DNA of 59,313 nt, filler included, from Squatina squatina (lineage: Eukaryota): the NCBI GenBank assembly GCA_031763465.1. It is 3 parts of 3 records of this genome, joined end to end, with 100 filler letters (N's around TTAATTAATTAA, not from the genome) between each part and the next. Parts side by side here need not be neighbours in the genome. Positions count along the whole stretch, not along the records: positions 43,595 to 59,313 come from JARFOE010000168.1; 2 more parts are not named here. One strand, written 5' to 3'. Under the pieces are notes generated by a model. It saw only the letters and a list, made by a program, of their open reading frames with translations, was not told the origin of the DNA and did no database searches. Shown here piece by piece: positions 49,701 to 59,313 of the stretch. Position 1 is the first letter of the stretch. Each line of letters begins with the position of its first letter. The translations under genes were made by a program, and so were the position numbers.

Positions 49701-52700
49701 AAGCAATCTCCTGTGCACAAAATTACAGACAGCTTCATCTGCAACTTCTGCACAAATGTACCGGTGACCGCCCCTGCTCGTAGCACTGTTTGCTGCACAC
49801 ATCTGTTTAAATGAGTACAGGAGAAAATAGATCCAGCTTTGCACTCATTTTGTCCTTTGCATGTAAGGACTGTGGGAACTGAGCATGTGCTGAGGTACAT
49901 GACCATTCCCTCCTTTTTACAAAGGGGCAACATNNNNNNNNNNNNNNNNNNNNNNNNNNNNNNNNNNNNNNNNNNNNNNNNNNNNNNNNNNNNNNNNNNN
50001 NNNNNNNNNNNNNNNNNNNNNNNNNNNNNNNNNTACTGTGCTGTAATGTTGTTGTTATAATAATAATAGTCCTGGAAGGCCTGGTTCTAATTTTTGACTA
50101 TGGTCCCTTGTCCTCATTTCCCCAACTAACAAAAGTAGTTTTTCTCTCTCGAACAATTCTGTTCCTAAGATAGGATTTTATTTCAATTTTTTGCAATAAT
50201 TGTCACTTCTGGTTTGGCCCGTGGTTACGGAGATCACTTTTTTTTGTAACTTGACTACTTTTAAATTCAACTCCCATGCAGACATGTATTTAAATCGCCA
50301 AGCAAAGATATTTTCTTGACACTGTCAAGCTAAACAGATGGGTAATCAACTCAATTGCCCATCAGTTTGCCTTAACAGCATCAAGAACATTTGTTTACAG
50401 TATTACAGTATCAATGAAAGACACGCAAAAAATGAGAGTCAGGTCCATATTTGGTGATTTAATAATCCACTAAAAGGTTGACTGAAACCAGACAGCTAGC
50501 AAGCAATCCCTCACGCATACTATCAATTTTCCAGTAAGTAGTTAATTCTGAATCAATAAGGTGATGCAAAATAGACACACACGGACTGAGAAGGATTGTC
50601 GTAGCTTTAATCAAATATTAGTTTCATTCCTAGTGCCAGCCTGACAGAGGAAATGCTATAGTTGGAAGTGAGACTAGACTCCTGTTACTAATCAATTGTT
50701 GGTAAAATGTTCTAATAATTACAGTCTGAACATCTATTTGTCTCAACTGCATTGGATAGTGAAACTGGCAGATATCTGAAATTAAATACAGATTGCATTG
50801 ATGCCTGTTTTATTCCTGGGTAACTAATAATCGTTTCAGGATTGAATGCTAAATGCCATATCCTTCAATGGCCTTTGAGAGAGACTTTACTCTGTGGCAC
50901 CAGTTGGTACACTTGACTGGATATTTAATTGGCGCCTGCTACTTTTCAGAAATCAATAGCTGAGTGGTGCAATTGTAAAGTATACAACTGTAACCAGGGG
51001 AGACTCGGATGGTTCTGATGTGAAGGGAACATTTGGACAGAGGGAGTTCAAAAAATGGAATGGGAAAGGAGCTGAATCTATCAGCACCGAGTACAGTTAA
51101 TAGTAACCCACTTCCACATGTCTCCATCCATACCGTTACCTGTGAGTGTTTTCTTTCCTGGCTATATAAGGATGTAAGATTAAAATAAAAGACCATATTT
51201 TTCAAAAAGTTTTAGAAGATATTAATATTTCTGAAAAAACATCCGAACTCCACAACGGTGAAATAAGACAGCTTTGTGATGGTAGATTTTTTTTGTGTTT
51301 CATAAAGAGTTACTTTCTCAGATTACCAGGGGAGATGATTTGTCTGAAGGTGTTTTCTCACAATCCCCTTGTTTGTGTGTCACATTCCCAGGAAACCCAC
51401 ACTTATCAGTGACTAGGCATAAAAACTTGCCACCTTGTATGATCAGAATTGATCCATTCTGAACAATACTCTGAAAGCTACCATTAAGATGATTTATTGC
51501 CTCATTTTAGTTGCTATGGTGTTCCGAGCTCGCCTTATAAGTATAAAATCTCTGACCTACTTAAAATTCAGAGAAAGATTTCAGTCTGGTCAGAGAAGTA
51601 TGGGTGGCTGGGAGAATCATATTTTCAAGTTTACAGTAACTGCTCCCAGTTCTGTGTTGCTATAGTGATTTGGAGAGCACATATCTTGGTAGGTCTCTGC
51701 AGATGTTGTGTTGTAGAACCTGGATGACGGCTTGGAGAAGAACACTATCTGATAGAAAGGAAAAGGGGAATAGAGGACACTGAAAAAGAGCAGAACATTG
51801 AAAATGAAAAGGCAAAGATAATTTAAGAAATGGTCAAAGTAAATAAATAAGGTTAAAGATTCACAAGTGGCACGTAAATTGAACTGTACTTAAACTGAAT
51901 TCTGAGTTTCATTTTGTAGTTAGTCTGTGATGGCTTTTACAGTACACTTAACAACCAAAATGGTAATAGTGAAGACAACAAAACTGGCATAACTCAGCGA
52001 CCTCTCAAAGGTGAATTGAGATTAGTCATAACTGTTCGGCATTCTACGTTTCCCTCTTTATCTAATAAACTTCTATTTTTAGCTTCACAAAATGAATTTA
52101 TAAAACACCCAGGGAATATAATAATGAGAACCTCGCATTATTTTTTCAGTGCTGTATGAAATCAGTCTTACTACGAAAAATAGCTTTAAGCTTTTAAATA
52201 TTTTAAATCATGTTGGATATTAAAAATTCAAGTTTGGGTAACCAATATATCTGCACATTAAAATGCCACCCTTAATCGGTAATATTTGTTTCATGGTTTA
52301 AAGAACCGTATCATATTTGAAATAATTAAATTTCAATATTTTACTCAGGAACAAGATCCTCTGCTAAATGATCTGAACAGCACAGTACTTAGCAGGGCAG
52401 TTGCTTGTGCATCAGCAGCTTGTCCTGGGGAGGATGGTATCACTGTTGTTTGGCTATATTCTGCTGTAAAATGCTTAACAGCAACCACGCACTGAGTTGT
52501 GACATTGAAATTTTAAACACAATTGCTATTCTCTTGCGAGCTACAATTGTGTGAAAAGTTGCGTAACACAGGTGTAGAATTCGAGTAAGCTGCAATGAGT
52601 CATTTTACCAGGAATGCTCTATAACACCAATAATGAACTCGCTAATGGGTAGCAAACAAGTCATTCTGAGCACAAAACAGGTTTCTTCGGAACATATNNN

Positions 52701-52797
52701 NNNNNNNNNNNNNNNNNNNNNNNNNNNNNNNNNNNNNNNNNNNNNNNNNNNNNNNNNNNNNNNNNNNNNNNNNNNNNNNNNNNNNNNNNNNNNNNNN

Positions 52798-52869
52798 AAT
52801 GGCGGTGCAGGCTCGAAGGGCCTAATGGCCTACTCCTGCACCTATTTTCTATGTTTCTATGTTTCTATC
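52798..52869 (+). mobile_element. Young CR1/HER1-type 3' tail (opposite-strand copy at 32873-32904)
   Basis: ggcggtgcaggctcgaagggcctaatggcctactcctgcacctatt(ttctatgt)n. The 32873-32904 sequence is its exact reverse complement over about 32 nt. Confidence 0.85.
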
Positions 52870-53028
52870 AGTCACCTACCAGTTACACTACCAATCAACC
52901 ATCAGTCAACTACCAGTTACACTACCAGTCATCTACCAGTCAACCACCAGTCACCTACCAGTCACCAACTACTAGTTACACTACCAGTCAACCATCATTC
53001 ACCTACCAGTCACACTACCAGTTGCACA
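52869..53028. repeat. Degenerate 11-12 bp minisatellite (ACCAGTCAMCT / ACCAGTTACACT)
   Basis: About 13 imperfect units directly abutting a CR1 tail. Confidence 0.85.
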
Positions 53029-53374
53029 GGACAGTCTGGTAGAAGAAGTAAAATACTTACATTTCCTTCCTGGATTGATTGCTGTTTGAATATGGCATTG
53101 TGTAGCCCACATACAGCCCTGTAAATATCCTTGATTCATTATGCCTGCTTCATAGAAGTCTATTTTAAGTTGGAGTGCAGAAGGCATAATTGGCGGGATT
53201 TCTGAGGGATACTATCAGTCCCACTCCCAAAGGGGCTGTTACAATCGAGTGGGGGTGAGCCACTCTACCCCTCTTTGAATTTTTCAATGATCTTACTCGA
53301 ATGGATTTCAAGGCCTTCCCTGCTGAGGAGAAGGAAATTTAGGTTGGTAAGGGAGTGATTTTTGGGTAGAGGAT

Positions 53375-53600
53375 GTGCTGAGTGTATTGCCCCAGGACTG
53401 AGTGCTGGGACCCTTCCTGTTTCTAATTTGCATCAATGACTTGAGTTAAGTTTGCAGTCAATACTAACTGTGGGGGAGGTTAGTTGAATCTGATGAAGCA
53501 ACCAAAGATCTACAAAATGAGTCTGACAAAGTGTAACTGGGCACAGCAGTGCTGCATGAAACCTAAGTCTAAGGTGTCACACATTGGAAGCAAAAAGATA
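53375..53600 (+). mobile_element. Old CR1 RT fragment
   Basis: Decayed PQG.VLGP.LFLI.INDL...KFA..T motifs (ccccaggactgagtgctgggacccttcctgtttctaatttgcatcaatgacttg...aagtttgca). Confidence 0.65.
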
Positions 53601-55398
53601 CACTGTGAATGGTGCTTAACTAGTTACTCTTTTGGAGTAAAACAGGTGCAAACAATAAACAAATCACATCACATACAATAATTTAAACAAAACCCCAGTG
53701 CTCAAATTAAAATCCCATCGTCCCCAGTGAGGATGCACTCCAGTCCCCCCGGCGCCCACCGGTCGCGGAAGGCCGCGAGAGCGCCGGCGGACACCGCGTG
53801 CTCCCTCTCCAGGGAGTGTGTGGAAAGTTAATTGATGATGAAAATGGGTCACCTGCAATTGATTGCATTCTCAGCAGGAGCGCCCCTCCAGCGCCCCATA
53901 GGGGCTCTCAGCACCTGCTGGAGCACCACGCCTGCAACCTTAGAAAATTTCAGCCAATTCCACAGCTCCATGATGATATGGGTGGCGGACGCTAGTGGGG
54001 CACCAAGGTCACGAATAGCGTCGGGAGCGCCGCGTCACTGAATTTAGCACCCCACCTCCCCCCACCCCGGTGGTATTGTTAACTTTGGCTTTCTCCATCA
54101 TGTAATTGTGATCTGACGTCGTCTCTTTGTGAGCTACATGACCAAGATGGTCATCAGGTTATAGCTGCATGACTGGAGTTATGAACTATGTAGCAGCCTT
54201 ACAAGCCTTTTATATTAAGTGCAAAAACACTGTTAATCTGCAGTGATAGATTCTGTAGTCTGTGCTTACACATTACTGAACGTATTTTGTATCATGAGGC
54301 TTGTATTTTGCAGCCCCTGTAGAGCTCCAGCTCAACCTGGAAATTCCTTGCGAGTTCTGCAGACTTTTGGTCAGTGAATGTGCATGGTTCCAGTATAGAA
54401 GGTCATCACCAATTCGCATTGGTAAATGATTTAGTCGTTTTATAATAGAAAGCTGAGGTCTGTGACAGCTGGCTGCATTTCCTGTAACCCCAGGGACTAC
54501 AAATCACTATGACCTTGTAATTCCACCTTAATGTCAATACATCAGCGATGAAGAGTGACAGTGACTGCGGCATTTGTTGGGGCAGAGCTCAAAGCTCTCT
54601 CAATAACTCCCAATTTCAACTTCAGGCCAAATGTTTGGGGATTTGGGAGAATCATAAATGAGGGTACTGAGATTAAATTTCTGCAAAAGAAGCAACTCTT
54701 AAACTGTAAAAAATAAAAGGGGAAATGGTTTAGGCCATCAGCTGCAAACTGCATCTAAGTAATTGTGGATCACAGAAGCTAGTATTTGTATCACCGGGGA
54801 ATGATTTAAGTGATGTTCCCAGATAATTTCCCAATAGCTGCAGACTGCTGCTAGCAGCTATTGTTCTTGCTGAAGAGGCATCAAAGTTATAAACTATAAG
54901 GCACATTACTGAATGTAGGAAAGCCAAAGACAACATCGAGATCTCATGTGACTGGATTAGCCCCCAAGTAATTTGAAGGAACATTTTCTCATCTGACTTT
55001 CTTCAGTTACAGCTTGCCAGTAAAGGTTGGAAGCCGAGTTGATCATTTAGGTCATTTTGATTAACGGTCCCTTTGCTCTGTTTATTGGTAGATTTCAGTG
55101 GTGATACATTGTGGAAACCATTTTAAAAGAATACAGAAAACACATCATGGTGCCGAGTAGTTTGAAAATGTTTCTCTGCCCAGTGAAATTTACCATACCA
55201 CAGCAGACATTGTCATTTATAACAGCAGAAAATCCAGGCAGTGACTGCCAATAAATGCCAATAAATGTTGATCATAGCACTACTACATGCCAGCCTTANN
55301 NNNNNNNNNNNNNNNNNNNNNNNNNNNNNNNNNNNNNNNNNNNNNNNNNNNNNNNNNNNNNNNNNNNNNNNNNNNNNNNNNNNNNNNNNNNNNNNNNN

Positions 55399-55567
55399 GA
55401 AGTACAAGTAAATCACTGTCTCACCTGGAAGGAGCGTCTGGAGCCCTGGGCAGTGGGAAGAGAGGAGGTAAAAGGGCAGGTGTTGCATCTCCTACGCTTG
55501 CACGGGAAGGTGCTGTGGGGAGGGGAGGGGCTGTTGGGGGTGATGGAGGTGTGGACCAGGGTGTCCA
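55399..55567 (-). mobile_element. Penelope-like fragment (Cys-rich linker before the GIY-YIG domain)
   Basis: Minus strand reads HSTFPCKRRRCNTCPFTSSLPTAQGSRRSFQVRQ*FTCTS. Confidence 0.75.
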
Positions 55568-57149
55568 AGCCACGGTTGGTTCAGCCTCCCCATAGTCAGT
55601 TTCCTTAACATTCGGGATGGATTTGAACCGCAATGAGATTTCATCACAATAAGTGTAATACTCTGAGTTACTGTGTCACACAGAATTCTAACGTTTGTTG
55701 TTTTGTTGTGTTCCTAATTGATCAAAGATAGCGCAAAACACCTTTATCACCTCAGAGCGATTGGACATTTCAGCTTATTAGTGTGCTGAGGCACGTAGAG
55801 AGCAGTCAATTGTACTCTGTGGCTGGGAGCAATATTTTTTTTAAATTATACCAACCATATAAACAACAGGCAATAACCAAAGTAAACTTGAAGCAAAGTA
55901 CTCATTGCACACTCACTCATTTTTCATGCCGACACACAATTAAGAATTAGTCAATTAGGAAGCTGACATGACGCCAAGATTATAATTCAATGGTATTTAA
56001 CAAATTGATGAACACGAAGCATTTTGACGAATTAGAAAAAAAGTAACATTCTTGAGTTTGTGATTAATGAAAGCATAACTTTTTGTAATGTGTCCTGTGG
56101 GATCTTCCATGTGTCAAATCAATTCTGTAATGGGACCCCAGAGGCAGAAATCACAGCTGTTACACTGGCTTTTTCCATTAGATTGTTGCTAGAGGTTTTG
56201 ATGCTTCATCAGGTTTTCTATATCATTTTTATCTCTAATGACAGTATCAACTCAATTTTCTTCTGATTACCCATTGGATTGAATACCCCATCAATTCTTT
56301 TAGTAGTTGCCAGATACAAGGACTAATTATTTTCAGAACAATCTAATGAAGTCTTCTCACAAAGGNNNNNNNNNNNNNNNNNNNNNNNNNNNNNNNNNNN
56401 NNNNNNNNNNNNNNNNNNNNNNNNNNNNNNNNNNNNNNNNNNNNNNNNNNNNNNNNNNNNNNNNNGTTAAAGCAGACTAATTTTGGTCCCTTAGTGTGCA
56501 ACTGTTCCTCTCTGCTGCAATGATGTGCTTCACTGTAACAGAGCAAGTGGCACTCACCCGCACAAGACGAGGTAAGTCCCTGAACCTTTTGCGGCACTGG
56601 TTGGGTGTCCGCACTTCCACATCCGATGCCAACACTCAGTCCCAATGGCGTGCCAGCTGTCATGATGTACTGAGGGGGCAGCTCTTCATCCTGAGGCAGG
56701 GAATGTCTGCCCCTTCCTCCTCTCCACCGAGGTCACCAGCATCTCAAGTGCCACATCAGGAAAACGGCAGCTACGGTGCGCTACTGCAGACATTTTTCAC
56801 AATATGCTCTCCCAGGAGCAAAGCAAGTTGCTGAAGTGTGAGCAGCCAGGCTTTTTTATCACATCAAAGCAGTGGGAATGTACTTTTTTACAGAGATCGC
56901 TCACATGGAAGTGTTTTATAAATTCAAAACAGCGTCCCTACAGCGCCTCTCTGCAGCTATCAGCACCTGCAACAGCGCCATGCCTGGTGAAAACAAAAAC
57001 ACAGACGAATTTCTGAGCTCCCAGACGCTATTAACGCCGGGCGCTGTTGGGGCGCTAATCACTGCTGCAGCGTTTCCAAGGTGGCTATAGCCAATTTCAG
57101 ACCCTCTCTCTTTTCCTGATTTCCAATTATAATTTCACCTGCGTCTGTC

Positions 57150-57375
57150 ATTAAGGGGCCCACGTTACTCTTAGCCAACCTCTTTCTTTTATATCATTGG
57201 AAAAACCTTTCGTGTTCGTCTTGATATCCCGCACAAGCTTTTTCTCATATTCCCTTTTTACGGCTCTTATCACTTTCTTTGTATCCCTTCGCTGTTCTTT
57301 ATAGCTCTCTCTGTCTGTGGGATTTCTACCGGTCTTTGCCTTCGTATAAGTCCTTTCTTTTAGTTTTATACTATA
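57150..57375 (-). mobile_element. CR1 ORF2 fragment (post-endonuclease region)
   Basis: Minus strand: KKVIRAVKREYEKKLVRDIKTNTKGF...KRLAKSNVGPL, a typical CR1 K.NPK.F..Y...K.....GPL segment. Confidence 0.7.
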
Positions 57376-59313
57376 TTCTTTAATATACCAGCAGCTAAGT
57401 ATAAATAAACTTGCTGCAAAACTTCTTTTGCACTATGGCAGAAATCATAGCACTTACATATTAGCATATTGATGAATATTTATTAATGAATAAAATTACA
57501 CAGGTAAAAGAGTACTGTAACTGAAGTTACACATTTGATTGAAGTATGAAACCTGATTAAGTCATCTATACTCAAAATAAAATCCATCATACTGAGCTGA
57601 GCTGATGATCTCCAGTATAAGATCTGATACAAAAGTGAGTTATTTTTTCTCAATACGAGACCTAATCGAGTTGCTTATATACACATTGCTCAGTTATGGC
57701 TTTCTAGTATAAAAGCCTCATTGCCAAGAGTTCTAATCAATTTTGGAATCCTTCTTTTAGGTATGAGCAGTCAGAGTAGTGTTAATATTTGATAGATGAC
57801 ATTTAAATGGACGGGGACAATTAAAGGGGAGTCAGGATAACAACAACAAAGTCATAAATTGCTTTCTGGGGCAAGGGGAGCAGAAAGGATTTCGCTGCAT
57901 GCGTGAGCCTGACAAGACACACAGTGGCCTGTTTGCGTTGTGCTGAAGTAGGGGTGTTAGTTGAGAGGACAACTGCCCTCTGTCCCAACTTCAGAACATA
58001 ATTCCAGTGGGTTGAGCAGTGCAAGGAGACGGAGCCAAGTTTCAGACCATAGAANNNNNNNNNNNNNNNNNNNNNNNNNNNNNNNNNNNNNNNNNNNNNN
58101 NNNNNNNNNNNNNNNNNNNNNNNNNNNNNNNNNNNNNNNNNNNNNNNNNNNNNNCTGAGCCATTTTAACTGCCATCCCGCCTGCTTTTCACCGGGTCGTT
58201 AGTGTTCAAATCACCTCCTAACTTTTCCCTTCGTCCAATGATTTATTTTAAAACATGATGAAATATCTCAGCTCTAAAGAAATCCAGATGTTCTCACCGC
58301 TTATCCTCAAAAGCTTAGAATGGTTGTTGAGGAAGGAAAATGGATCCATACTTAAATCTAACATGGTTTAAGGGGTAATATTATTTAGGTAAAATGTGCT
58401 TTAAAAAATTGCATTGTGGATGCTATGTGGAAAGGTGATGTGATGCAATCATTTCCCGATTGAATCTGTCTCCACTATTGTTACTTTGCCTACATTTTAA
58501 AAGTTCAAAAATTTAATTGCTAATTTTTATTATAACCACATCCTTAAATAAAATCATTCTGTTTAAATACTTCCATTAACAAAATCCCCATAGAATTTAT
58601 CGTCCACCCTTGATTGAATAGGATGGTTTTTATATTTTGCATTATAAAGATGTTTGTAATAGTAAAATAGGGCCAATGAAATTGCCTCTGACATTCCTAT
58701 TACTTGTCTTAAAAATCTCAGCTGAAAAACGAGACACTGTAAAGTGTGTATGGTGCGCTTACTGACACACAACAATGTCCTCTAGTATGTTATTGCTTAG
58801 TCCTCGCATGAAATATTAAAACCCAGTCATATCATCTGGAGACTGTGGAGGGTCACCTCAGCCTGTCTGCAAGTCTTCTGCCAACACCCTTTCCTTGGGG
58901 TGTAATTAAATGAGGGCAAAAAGGTAAGAACCTGCTAATGGCTTTGCAATACCCATCAGGGACTGAATGAGTTATCACAGGCCAGACAGATGTATTAATA
59001 ACAGCAGGTGCCTGACTCAGGTGTTTTTCTTAGCAGGACCACAAAATCAATGTAACTTCAATGGATCTCAGCGAGAGCCTGCCGTCTGATAATATTATAG
59101 GATTCCTCCCCACCACCGCCTCCATAAAAAATGTAGTAACACAACACATACCAGTACGCAGTCTCATTGATGAACAATGAGAGGAGAAAAGGCAAGAAAA
59201 GTGTACACTGCCCTGGTCAGAATGACAAGTGTACCTGTCCTTACTTTCTCACAGCTGTCAATGGAAGCATGAATTTTATTCCAGTCACCTCCATGACCTA
59301 AGCACCCAACACA

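Noticed and set aside
51312-51412. ag followed by LPGEMICLKVFSHNPL, vaguely LRR-like
   Set aside because: Does not match any recalled RSU1 segment, although RSU1 is highly conserved, and it runs to a stop without a clear donor.
57750-59313. Good-looking acceptors at about 57760 (cttcttttag) and 59254 (tactttctcacag) as candidate RSU1 exons
   Set aside because: Translations hit stops quickly and do not match RSU1; downstream RSU1 exons were not found in the window.

Overview
Fragmentary, gap-rich eukaryotic DNA, almost certainly from a cartilaginous fish (shark-type repeats: SacSINE1/DeuSINE, CR1/HER1-like LINE tails, L2, Penelope-like elements, MITE-like elements). Two + strand genes lie head-to-tail as in other vertebrates. 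The first is the 3' part of cubilin (CUBN): four spliceable exons at 24710-24859, 29942-30150, 32272-32416 and the stop exon 33155-33262, with several intervening exons absent and probably lost in 100-N gaps. The second is the 5' end of RSU1: a putative non-coding exon 1 ending at 36047 and the ATG exon at 36336-36447. Most listed ORFs are spurious (N read-through, repeats or intron). Two features stand out. (i) A 4-copy 72-bp tandem array immediately upstream of RSU1 in which every unit carries two inverted CCAAT boxes and a perfect PBX-PREP/MEIS decamer TGATTGACAG. (ii) A TIR-bounded non-autonomous element family whose two copies keep a ~27-bp stem/13-nt loop hairpin through compensatory substitutions. 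Two N44-TTAATTAATTAA-N44 blocks are artificial scaffold linkers, so contiguity outside 24095-43494 is uncertain. No prokaryotic, CRISPR, rRNA or tRNA features were found. Gene and repeat-family identities rest on recalled sequences, not database searches.
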